From the IMG/VR virus record IMGVR_UViG_3300009424_000011, positions 1 to 64,000 of that record: 64,000 bases of DNA. One strand, written 5' to 3'. This DNA comes from a virus (lineage: Duplodnaviria > Caudoviricetes). The notes beneath the pieces are model-generated. The model saw nothing but the letters and a program-made list of their open reading frames with translations. It made no database searches and had not been told where the DNA came from. The position numbers were made by a program, and so were the translations under genes. Of the stretch, positions 12,117 through 20,975 are shown one piece after another (position 1 is the stretch's first letter; each line of letters begins with the position of its first letter).

Positions 12117-12145
12117 GAGTTAAGGCGATTCGCGATTCGTGTCAA
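12117..12145 (-). promoter_or_regulatory. Recombinase promoter, double GANTC
   Basis: TTGACA-CGAATCGCGAATCGCCT-TAACTC. Confidence 0.65.
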
Positions 12146-12170
12146 CAAATAAGTGGAAAAACTACTGGAC

Positions 12171-12563
12171 CTACGAGAACACCGAGAATGGTGGGGTGGG
12201 TAGACCTTCTTCCAAATAGGAAAGATGATGGTCAATGCGGCGCACGGCGAGGATCAGCTTGGCTGCCTCAGCGTCATACACCTCTTTCATCATGTGGCAA
12301 TGATCATAAAGCCGGTTGATGTAGTCCAGTTTCAGAAGCGCCAGATGTTTCACCGCCGCCACCAAGATCGGACTCTCTTCCTCGACTACCAATGTGAAGT
12401 CATAGTCCACAGTCAGGTCGATCACCTGCGGCTGCATGGTTTCGCCGATAAATCTGATACGATCGATGTTCGAGCAACCATCAGGTCCGTTCGCACGGTG
12501 ATCGGTGATCAGCGCATCGTGGATTTCTTCCAAGGTCATTACCGGGCCTTCGGACATGCACAC
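12171..12563 (-). CDS. Hypothetical protein
   Basis: ORF with phage-like codon usage; start uncertain. Confidence 0.55.
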   Translation of the reverse strand: MCMSEGPVMTLEEIHDALITDHRANGPDGCSNIDRIRFIGETMQPQVIDLTVDYDFTLVVEEESPILVAAVKHLALLKLDYINRLYDHCHMMKEVYDAEAAKLILAVRRIDHHLSYLEEGLPTPPFSVFS

Positions 12564-12711
12564 CGCTCATATTCAGGATCGGAGGAGTCGATCAAGGCAC
12601 CCTGCCAGTCGGGGCAGAAGTGAAGGGTTGGGTTCAGGAAACGGCACTCATCAGGGATGACCCCATCCCGTTCGATTTCGTTGCACTTGGTGGGGCTCAA
12701 ACCTCGTGGCA

Positions 12712-12930
12712 TTACGCAGTCTCCTTGCGGTGGCATCCGTGAACTGGACAGTCTTGGTGGTAGCGGACATACACCTTCCAGCGGTGCTTCTCGCGCTTCT
12801 CGTCATAGATGCGTTCCACCACGTCGATCCGCTTGTCTTCCGGGACCTTACCTTGACACAGGCAAGCGTCTTCATCCCAATCCGTGGGGAGTGGGGTGGA
12901 AGAAATAACCGAACCTTTTACGATCTTCAT
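12712..12930 (-). CDS. Small Cys/His-containing hypothetical protein
   Basis: MKIVKG...CLC...HQDCPVHG. Confidence 0.5.
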   Translation of the reverse strand: MKIVKGSVISSTPLPTDWDEDACLCQGKVPEDKRIDVVERIYDEKREKHRWKVYVRYHQDCPVHGCHRKETA

Positions 12931-13025
12931 GGAGAACTCACCGACATTCTGAGTTCGCACCATAGCAATTTTGAGTTGACAGTGCAAGCTAATTCGTCTA
13001 GCTGGTAACCGAATCAGGAGAACTT

Positions 13026-13520
13026 ATGGACATCGCCGCTTTCACCGATCAGGACATCGAAGACTACTGCCACGCGCTGGTAAACAAGATGCGTGACGAC
13101 CTCTGGGCCCAGCGCTATGCGGCTCGCCATAAAGCGATGCTGGAAGCATCTCTCGAAAACCGCTTCGCTATCATCGAAGAAGAGATGACCGACGCCAACA
13201 AGGCAAAGGACTTCCCGCCGCACGCCAGTCCCTTCCCGACCGAGGCACAGCGAAAGAACATCCAGCAGCAACAGAAAGCTGGTATCTCGATCGCTATCGC
13301 AGCAAATCAGATGAGCGGGAAGACAACCCTGCTGTTGATGATTTTGGAGATGCTGGCCGACGCCGGCGCTCTGAGCGTTTCCGATACCCGTCACATCACG
13401 AGCAACTTGGGTCATTTTCTGATGACCAAGCGCTATGTCGATGAAGAAAATGTGGAAGTGATCGACCTCGACATCGACCTGAATGCGGTGTTCGCTTTTT
13501 ACGATGGGCTGGTTACGTGA
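13026..13520 (+). CDS. Hypothetical protein
   Basis: AGGAG RBS; TTGACA promoter near 12977; contains SGKTT. Confidence 0.65.
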   Translation: MDIAAFTDQDIEDYCHALVNKMRDDLWAQRYAARHKAMLEASLENRFAIIEEEMTDANKAKDFPPHASPFPTEAQRKNIQQQQKAGISIAIAANQMSGKTTLLLMILEMLADAGALSVSDTRHITSNLGHFLMTKRYVDEENVEVIDLDIDLNAVFAFYDGLVT

Positions 13521-13684
13521 GTGAGGCACACCACACCATCACGCTCCAACACGATCCAGACAACCCGGCGGCAGTAGCGTTGGTTGATCGCATATATGCG
13601 ATGATCATGCCAGAATGCGTCGGCATCAGCACCTGTTGGGAAGACGGGATCGAAGAGCATCGTTTCCGTATCGCTGGTTAAGTC

Positions 13685-15493
13685 GTGGAGCTTTCACAAT
13701 CCCACGACCGCTACATCATCACGTCCCGCGAGTCTCGTTGGGCCGAGCTTCGTGATGCCGGTTGGATATTCGATCGGCGCAACAGGTTCTACACCACAAC
13801 GGACTGGCGTAAAGCGGCCGAGTATATCGAATGGTCTGACTCCGACGAGTTGTGGAATGATCTTGATGCTAAGCTGACCGAACTGGAAGAGGCGATGAAC
13901 GCCTCCTATTCCATGTTCGCCGAAGCGGACATTGCCCGGCCGCATCTGGTCAATCACAAAGGGGAGGTGCTGGATTATTTACCTTACCAGAAGGCTGGTA
14001 TCCTCTATGCCGCTGAGCGTGATGACACCCTGATTGGGGATAGTCCGGGGCTTGGTAAGACGATCCAAGCGATCGGCCTGATCAACCATCTCGGGCTCAC
14101 CAATGGGATTATCGTATGTCCCTCGACCTTGAAGCTGAACTGGCTCAAGGAGATGTTGAAGTGGTTGGTGGACAAGGACCTCACCGTGGGCGTCGCCGCC
14201 GGCTCTGATGTTCCGGATACCGATTTCGTCATCATCAACTACGACATTCTCCACAAGAACCGGGAGAAGTTGTGGGCAGAACATTGGGACATCTTGGTTT
14301 GTGATGAAGCCCAGTATCTGTCCAATGGGAACTCCAAGAGAACTCAGGCCATCTTTGGGACTTGGTTCTTCGACCCGAGGACAGAGAAGTGGAAGCGTAA
14401 ATATGAGCGGATGAAACAACGGGTGGGTAGCACCCGGAAGCTTCCCTGCCTACCAGCGAACATTCGGCTGATGCTCACCGGGACTCCGATGATGAAGCAG
14501 CCGAAGGATATGTGGACGATGATCCGCGACTTCGATCCTGAGGGTCTGGGGAAGTGCTGGGAAGACTTCGCCATGACGTATTGCGATGGTGTGATGTCTC
14601 CGTTCGGCTTACAAGCCACCGGTGGTTCGAACCTGTCCGAACTCAACGAGAAGCTTCGCCGGGCGTTCATGATTCGCCGCCTCAAGAGCAACGTGCTGAA
14701 AGACCTACCCAGCAAGACGAGACAGGTGATCGTCTTTCCGCCTGAGGGCTTGAAGAAGACCATCAAGACCGAGCGTGACAAGTTCACCGACGCGCTCGCC
14801 ATGCTCGACGCGGCCAACACCGGGATCGAATACAACAAGAAGCTGGTCCTCGAAGAAGTGGACCCGGCTCTTATCCTCGACACAATGGCGACCATCCTGC
14901 CTCAAGGCTTCGATGCGCCGGAGATCGACGACCTTGACGTAGGGGAGCTTGCACCGGGCTTTGCGGCCTACTCAGAGGCACGCCGTGATCTCGCGCTGTC
15001 CAAGGTGCCGATGGCGGCCGAACACATCCAGCGGCTCGTAGACGCCGGTGAGAAGGTAATCGTTTTCGCGATCCACAAGGACGTGATCTCGGAACTTCAC
15101 GCTAAGTTCCCCACGGCCGCCCGGATCGTTGGTGGGATGGGTGCCAAGAAAGTCGAAGCTGAGAAGCTGCGATTCCAAGGTGACAAGGATGCCCGGATCG
15201 CTCCCGATCCAGAATGCAATGTCATCTTGTGCAACCTCAAGGCCGGCGGCGTCGGCCACACTCTGACGGAAGCCACCGTCGTCGTGTTCGTGGAGATGTG
15301 GTCGGTTCCCGGCGACATGGAACAGTGCGAAGACCGGGCCCACCGGATCGGCCTTGAACACAACGTGCTGATTCACTTCTTGGTCGTTGATGGCACCATC
15401 GACGCCTTGACCATCCAGACACTGGTGGATCGTATTTCGATGATCCAAGAAGGTGTGGATGGTATCGAACCAACAATGAAGATGGGAAGATGA
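13685..15493 (+). CDS. SNF2-family helicase
   Basis: GLGKT, DEAQ, LTGTP and QCEDRAHRIG motifs. Confidence 0.92.
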   Translation: MELSQSHDRYIITSRESRWAELRDAGWIFDRRNRFYTTTDWRKAAEYIEWSDSDELWNDLDAKLTELEEAMNASYSMFAEADIARPHLVNHKGEVLDYLPYQKAGILYAAERDDTLIGDSPGLGKTIQAIGLINHLGLTNGIIVCPSTLKLNWLKEMLKWLVDKDLTVGVAAGSDVPDTDFVIINYDILHKNREKLWAEHWDILVCDEAQYLSNGNSKRTQAIFGTWFFDPRTEKWKRKYERMKQRVGSTRKLPCLPANIRLMLTGTPMMKQPKDMWTMIRDFDPEGLGKCWEDFAMTYCDGVMSPFGLQATGGSNLSELNEKLRRAFMIRRLKSNVLKDLPSKTRQVIVFPPEGLKKTIKTERDKFTDALAMLDAANTGIEYNKKLVLEEVDPALILDTMATILPQGFDAPEIDDLDVGELAPGFAAYSEARRDLALSKVPMAAEHIQRLVDAGEKVIVFAIHKDVISELHAKFPTAARIVGGMGAKKVEAEKLRFQGDKDARIAPDPECNVILCNLKAGGVGHTLTEATVVVFVEMWSVPGDMEQCEDRAHRIGLEHNVLIHFLVVDGTIDALTIQTLVDRISMIQEGVDGIEPTMKMGR

Positions 15494-15496
15494 CCT

Positions 15497-15670
15497 ATGT
15501 GGTTCACTGAATGTGGTCAATGCGGCTGGATTGGTCCAGTGACCGAGTTGAACGAACACCCGACCCGTCCCATGCCGATGGACCTTGGGTTCTGTCCGGA
15601 ATGTGATTGCGAGTGCGAAGTCCTCTACGATGAGGATGAAGTCGCCAAGATCATTGCAGATTATGAATGA
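15497..15670 (+). CDS. Small zinc-finger protein
   Basis: Hand-translated MWFTECGQCGW...FCPEC. Confidence 0.55.
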   Translation: MWFTECGQCGWIGPVTELNEHPTRPMPMDLGFCPECDCECEVLYDEDEVAKIIADYE

Positions 15671-16008
15671 GGAAGGAAACTGATATGGAATATGATTACG
15701 AAGTGAAGTCGTGGCCGTGGTTCTTCGAAGAGATGATCGTGGGACGCAAGAAGCACGACATGCGGGACAAGCGCGATCGGGATTATGCCATCGGCGATCG
15801 GATGCTGCTGCGTGAGTTCGATTCCCGGACTGGTCAATACACCGGCCGAGCGGCGATCGCCAAGATCACCTACATCACAGACAACGTGACTCCGTGCGCA
15901 ATGTCGTCCTCTGCTCTCGACAATTCGTTCGCTGTTCTGTCGGTCGATGTCGAGACGCCGCGTCTTTATGTGGACGGTCTTCTGCACACCCCGGCTCCGG
16001 GTTACTGA
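15667..16008 (+). CDS. ASCH/DUF3850-like protein
   Basis: KSWPWFF...GRKKHDMR...DRDYAIGDRMLLRE. Confidence 0.75.
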   Translation: MRKETDMEYDYEVKSWPWFFEEMIVGRKKHDMRDKRDRDYAIGDRMLLREFDSRTGQYTGRAAIAKITYITDNVTPCAMSSSALDNSFAVLSVDVETPRLYVDGLLHTPAPGY

Positions 16009-16087
16009 GGCAGGCACCGACATTATCGCTTGACACTGACCGGCATTTCTGCTTAACAGTGTCCATCCCGACCAAGGAAAACCCCAC

Positions 16088-16855
16088 ATGCTCAACCACC
16101 CGACACAGGCGAAGCCTTCTGTGTGTCTCTCTGACAGCCAGTGGCAAGCCCGGATCAATCGCAACCGGGCAGTAGCCAAGGTATCGAGCCTCGAAGGGGC
16201 GATCCAAATCTACAAGGGGCGCTACTTCTGGCCGCTCCAGCCGAAGCATCCGGGCAACGAGATCGACATCGAGACGATCGCTCATACGTTGGCTGTGATG
16301 CCCCGCTGGGGCGGCCAGACTGCCGATCGCTACGGTGATCCTGTCCGCTACTCGGTTGCCCAGCACTCGGTTCACGTCGCTGACATTTGCGCCCTGAACC
16401 GCAAGAAACTGGTCCCCAAGTGGGATTGGTCACTGTCCGGTTCACCGGCTCTATACGGCCTGATCCATGACGCGCCAGAAGGGTATGGGTTCGCTGATCT
16501 GGTTCGCCCGGTCAAGTATTCGGTCAACGGATACAAGGACGGCGAAGATGCCCTGATGGAGCATATCATCGAAGAACTCCGTTGCCCGGTGGATCAAGCG
16601 ATCCGGGAATGCGTCCGCCGTGTGGACAATATGATGGTGTTTCTTGAACGGGACGAACTCATGGGGCCACCGGTGGTGCCATACACCAACGAGCAAGACC
16701 ACCCCCGAATCTCGATCCACAACGTGGTTCCAGAGTTCCGTGTTTGGTCGGCCAAGGAAGCCAAGGACCGCTTCATTCGCCGCTACCAGACCATCATCGA
16801 AACCGAAGGCAACTACGAGCCTTTGGAATACACCAAGAGAGGATTTCTCCTGTGA
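16088..16855 (+). CDS. HD-domain nucleotide phosphohydrolase (YfbR/DatZ-like)
   Basis: PRWGG, YSVAQHS and LIHDAPE motifs. Confidence 0.8.
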   Translation: MLNHPTQAKPSVCLSDSQWQARINRNRAVAKVSSLEGAIQIYKGRYFWPLQPKHPGNEIDIETIAHTLAVMPRWGGQTADRYGDPVRYSVAQHSVHVADICALNRKKLVPKWDWSLSGSPALYGLIHDAPEGYGFADLVRPVKYSVNGYKDGEDALMEHIIEELRCPVDQAIRECVRRVDNMMVFLERDELMGPPVVPYTNEQDHPRISIHNVVPEFRVWSAKEAKDRFIRRYQTIIETEGNYEPLEYTKRGFLL

Positions 16856-17106
16856 ACATCCATATCCGCCTCGCATCGCCCATTCTCCCCGAGGGCGCGA
16901 TCATCGACGCCGACATCTCCCGCACTGACGACCTCACCATGCTGTCCGATGCGATCGTTAAGGTTTACGAGGAAGCGGACAAGTCGCGTGTCCCTACTCC
17001 CGGAATCCGGCTGCTGGAACAGAAGGTGGACCGCATGGTCAAGGCGGTGATGGACGGCTTGCCGCCCGAAGTGAAGCTGGACATCGCCAACAAGGCCGCC
17101 AAGTGA
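16852..17106 (+). CDS. Hypothetical protein
   Basis: GTG start coupled to the upstream stop; AGAGG RBS. Confidence 0.55.
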   Translation: MNIHIRLASPILPEGAIIDADISRTDDLTMLSDAIVKVYEEADKSRVPTPGIRLLEQKVDRMVKAVMDGLPPEVKLDIANKAAK

Positions 17107-17630
17107 ACTGCTGTCCCCCACCGATCGGCCGGAGCGATGTAGACCCTCGCTTCGATTACGAAGACGAGATCATGCGCCGAGCCTACCGCATCGACAAGTG
17201 GGATCAGTTCTATCTCGGCATGGCACAATACATCGCCACAGCCAGCAAGGACCCTTCCACCAAGGTGGGGGCTGTGATCGTCCGGCCCAACAACACGGTC
17301 ATCAGCGTCGGCTATAACGGCTTCCCCCGTGGCATGTCAGATCACCCGTCTCTCTATGAGGATCGGGAGACCAAATACAGCCGCATCGTTCACGCGGAAA
17401 TGAACGCCATTCTCAATGCCCATGGGCCGGTGGATGGCTGCACTCTCTACTGCACGTTCACTCCCTGTGACCGGTGCGCCGTCTTCGTCGTGCAGGCTGG
17501 GATCACCCGCGTTGTGAGCCCTGAGCCCACACCAGAACAGCTTGAACGGTGGGGAACCAGCCTCGCCGCGACACGCGCCATTTTTCAAGAAGCGGGTGTC
17601 ATGATGACCACGCTGAGTTCCGAGGAATAA
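17103..17630 (+). CDS. dCMP deaminase
   Basis: HAEMNA and PCDRC zinc motifs; SKDPSTKVGA. Confidence 0.92.
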   Translation: MNCCPPPIGRSDVDPRFDYEDEIMRRAYRIDKWDQFYLGMAQYIATASKDPSTKVGAVIVRPNNTVISVGYNGFPRGMSDHPSLYEDRETKYSRIVHAEMNAILNAHGPVDGCTLYCTFTPCDRCAVFVVQAGITRVVSPEPTPEQLERWGTSLAATRAIFQEAGVMMTTLSSEE

Positions 17631-17631
17631 C

Positions 17632-18372
17632 ATGACATCGCTACCTGAACTGAACTGGCGCGAAGGAACCGCTGAGGAGATCGCAATGGGAATGGGCGTT
17701 CCTCTCGCGATCGCCGAGGAAATGATCCGACGCAAGGCGCTGGAGAAGAAGGACGCCGCCATGCTTGGCGACTCCGGATACGAGCGGATCGAAGCAGATC
17801 ATTACTGCACGCCGCCGGAGAACGTGGACTGCCTTCTCCAGCACGTCAACATCCATCCCAACGTTTGGGAATGCGCGGCCGGCAAGGGTGACATCTCGCA
17901 GCGTCTGACGGACTTCGGCCACACTGTCTGGTCGAGCGACATCATCGATTATGGTTACGAAGATCGCTTCACGATCGGTGACTTCCTCAAGATGGACAAG
18001 CTGCCTGATCCCTCGATCAAGGCGATCGTTTCCAATCCACCCTACGCCGGTGATCTCCCGGAAGAGTTCATCAAGCACGCCCTCAAGCTCATGCAGCCGG
18101 TCAAGGGTCAAGTCGCGATGTTCCTGCGGAACGAATACGACTGCTCGAAGGGGCGTATGCCACTGTTCGGTCTCCCACCCTTCCACAAGAAAATCGTGGT
18201 CTCCAAGCGCCCGCGCTGGGTTGCTGGCTCCACCGGATCGCCGCGCCACAACTATTCGTGGTTCGTCTGGGACTGGCGTCACAAGGCCGGTGCTGCCGGC
18301 ATCGCTTACTCCCATCCCGATTTTGCACCCAAGCCCGGCCAGCCGAAGTCCGGCCCGCTCGTTCTGAACTGA
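17632..18372 (+). CDS. DNA amino-methyltransferase (N6-adenine type)
   Basis: ECAAGKG SAM-binding motif and NPPY. Confidence 0.85.
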   Translation: MTSLPELNWREGTAEEIAMGMGVPLAIAEEMIRRKALEKKDAAMLGDSGYERIEADHYCTPPENVDCLLQHVNIHPNVWECAAGKGDISQRLTDFGHTVWSSDIIDYGYEDRFTIGDFLKMDKLPDPSIKAIVSNPPYAGDLPEEFIKHALKLMQPVKGQVAMFLRNEYDCSKGRMPLFGLPPFHKKIVVSKRPRWVAGSTGSPRHNYSWFVWDWRHKAGAAGIAYSHPDFAPKPGQPKSGPLVLN

Positions 18373-18378
18373 GGTCCC

Positions 18379-20013
18379 ATGGAATATCTTGAACTGGTCG
18401 CCCAGCACGGCGGTATCCGCCCGGCTGCCCGCGCCCTCAACATCGCCGAGTCCACACTGCGTTATCGCATGAAGCGAAACATTGCAGTGCAGGAAGACCT
18501 CGGTGAACAGATCGAGTTCGTGTTCTCATCGAACCGTCCGCTCCGGCCGACGGTTTACGAACCGCTGGATCACACTCGCTATTTCATCCTGACTTCGGCT
18601 CAAGACAGTTCGGACATCCACGAGGACTTCTGGAACGCGCTAAATGTCTACGCCCACTGGCTGGGCGAATGTGAGATCATCGTTTCAGGGTTCACCTACA
18701 GCAAGAAGCTGTTCGAGGATCACGACACCCGTTCATCCAAAGTCGGCTTCCACCCGTCTGTGGATGACTTCATCGTTCATGACCGCGTGCGGCTGGGCGA
18801 CGAAGTGGATTTCTGCGGCGAGATGAACACGCTACCGACGGCTGTTACCCCACTGTCTGGTTTCGCCACCTACACCCGCGCTCGCTGGGGCGTCTTCCCG
18901 CACCCGAAGGTCCAGTTGGAATCGGTGGCGACGATGAAGCACGAGCGTGCCAAGCAGTTGATGACCACGGGTTCGGTCACGCTACCGAACTACGTCCGCA
19001 AGAAGGCCGGTATCAAGGCCACCTTCCACCACCAGATTGGTGCCGTGCTGGTCGAGATGACTCCGGACGGTGCTACCTACTGCCGGCACCTGCTGACCAC
19101 CGATCTTGAGAATGGCTCGTTCTACGATCTCGATCGCTATGTCACCAGCCAAGGTGTGACGACCAATCACCGCGTCGAAGCGATCAGCTATGGTGACATT
19201 CACCACGAAAAGCTGGATCACGAAGTCGCCATGCTGACGTGGGGATACCATGTCCCGTCGCAGGAAGCTTGGGACATCGACAATTTCCGAGACCCACACG
19301 ATCCGCGCCCGCTGCCGCTGATCCACCGGCTGCGGCCGAAGTATGAGTTCTTCCACGACCTCAGCGACTTCTCGCCGCGCAACCACCACAACATCAAGGA
19401 CCACCACTTCCGGTTTGCTGCCCACACTCGCGGCGGACAGAACAACAATGTCCAGTTGGCTTTGAATGGCTGCGCTGAGTTCATCAAGCAAATTCATCGG
19501 GATGACTGCACGTCAGTGATTGTGGAATCCAACCACGACCAAGCCCTTCTCAAGTGGCTCAAGACGGCCGACTATCGTGATGATCCTGAGAACGCCTTGT
19601 TCTTCCTGAGTTGCCAGAAGTGGCTCTACATGGAGATGCAGGCCGGGAACAGTTCGCCGGACGTGTTCCAGCAAGTCATGCGGGAGATGGGAACACCTGA
19701 GGACGTTGTGTTCTGCAACGAAGATCAGTCTTTCATCATCTGCGGCGACATCGAATGCGGTATGCACGGCCACCTTGGACCAAACGGGTCGCGGGGTTCG
19801 CCGCTGGCGATCAGCCGATCAGGCCGTAAGTCGAATACCGGCCACACCCACAGCCCGGCCATCCGCGATGGTGCCTACGTTGGTGGCGTCTCTGGTAGCC
19901 TCGACATGGGTTACAACAAGGGCCCTTCGTCGTGGTCGCACAGCCACATCATCACGTATCAAAACGGCAAGCGGACGATCATCACGCTCAACAAGGGAAG
20001 GTTCCACGCATGA
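18379..20013 (+). CDS. HTH plus calcineurin-like metallophosphoesterase
   Basis: N-terminal HTH; GDIH, SNHD, HGH and GHTH motifs. Confidence 0.75.
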   Translation: MEYLELVAQHGGIRPAARALNIAESTLRYRMKRNIAVQEDLGEQIEFVFSSNRPLRPTVYEPLDHTRYFILTSAQDSSDIHEDFWNALNVYAHWLGECEIIVSGFTYSKKLFEDHDTRSSKVGFHPSVDDFIVHDRVRLGDEVDFCGEMNTLPTAVTPLSGFATYTRARWGVFPHPKVQLESVATMKHERAKQLMTTGSVTLPNYVRKKAGIKATFHHQIGAVLVEMTPDGATYCRHLLTTDLENGSFYDLDRYVTSQGVTTNHRVEAISYGDIHHEKLDHEVAMLTWGYHVPSQEAWDIDNFRDPHDPRPLPLIHRLRPKYEFFHDLSDFSPRNHHNIKDHHFRFAAHTRGGQNNNVQLALNGCAEFIKQIHRDDCTSVIVESNHDQALLKWLKTADYRDDPENALFFLSCQKWLYMEMQAGNSSPDVFQQVMREMGTPEDVVFCNEDQSFIICGDIECGMHGHLGPNGSRGSPLAISRSGRKSNTGHTHSPAIRDGAYVGGVSGSLDMGYNKGPSSWSHSHIITYQNGKRTIITLNKGRFHA

Positions 20014-20101
20014 TTATCGCCATCCAGATGGACAACGGATTGTCCAGCATCGTCGAGATCGATGAGATGCTTATGGATGTCATGGAGGAACCAAGAGACC
20101 G

Positions 20102-20641
20102 ATGAGCAATCCTTGGAATTACGTGGACCCGCTCAAGAACTCCATCCTCACAATGTTCTTGGGAAAATGCATTGGCGCTGGGGCATCTCGTGAAGTCTAC
20201 GAGGTTATCCATGACCCGACGCTTGTGATGAAAGTCGAGACCACCGCCCGGACATTCCACAACCAGACCGAATGGCTGGTCTGGCAGGAGATGAAGGAAT
20301 GGCCGATCTCTGACTGGTTCGCACCTTGCGTAGACATCGATCCCTACGGGAATGTCTTAACCCAGAGACGGACAGAGCCCTTCAAGTGCGACAAGGACTT
20401 CAAGGCAGCCCTGATGCGGACAAGAGGCGGTGTCATCCCGTCGGTTCTCCACGACATCCACTACGCCAATTTCGGAATGCTTAACGGTCAAGTCGTTTGC
20501 CACGATTACGGCTACCACGGCTTCTTCGAGGAGATCGGCCGCAATATGTCGATCAATGCCGGCTACATCAAATACGATGATCCGGTGGACGAAGAAGAAC
20601 ACGACTTTACTGATGGAGGCCAACTTGCCCTCGACATTTGA
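20102..20641 (+). CDS. Protein-kinase-like protein
   Basis: GAGASREVY, VMKVE, HDIHYANFG and DYG motifs. Confidence 0.65.
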   Translation: MSNPWNYVDPLKNSILTMFLGKCIGAGASREVYEVIHDPTLVMKVETTARTFHNQTEWLVWQEMKEWPISDWFAPCVDIDPYGNVLTQRRTEPFKCDKDFKAALMRTRGGVIPSVLHDIHYANFGMLNGQVVCHDYGYHGFFEEIGRNMSINAGYIKYDDPVDEEEHDFTDGGQLALDI

Positions 20642-20975
20642 ACTCATTGAAAAGATCACGGACGCCTTGCTCTGGGTGAGCATCATCGTCTGTGCTTTCA
20701 TTATCTTGTCTGCTATGAACGGAAACGATGATGACCCAGACCTCTACGCCTGATGAACTCCCAGACGGATTGTGGGAGGACAATGGTATCCTGTTCTTCT
20801 GCTGCAACGTCTGCGATAAGGCAACCGAATGGCCGGAAGAACCCGAGGACTTCGAGTTTGGTCACTACGCAAATGTCTGCGGCGGATCGCCTCGCTGCTG
20901 TCCGTGACCGACATTTTGAATTGACAGTGACGGCGTTTTGTGGTTAACAAAACCTTCCTCCGATAGGTAGTCCCC

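Noticed and set aside
16088-16855. Z-base (2-aminoadenine) pathway
   Set aside because: The HD hydrolase resembles DatZ, but no PurZ is in the window.
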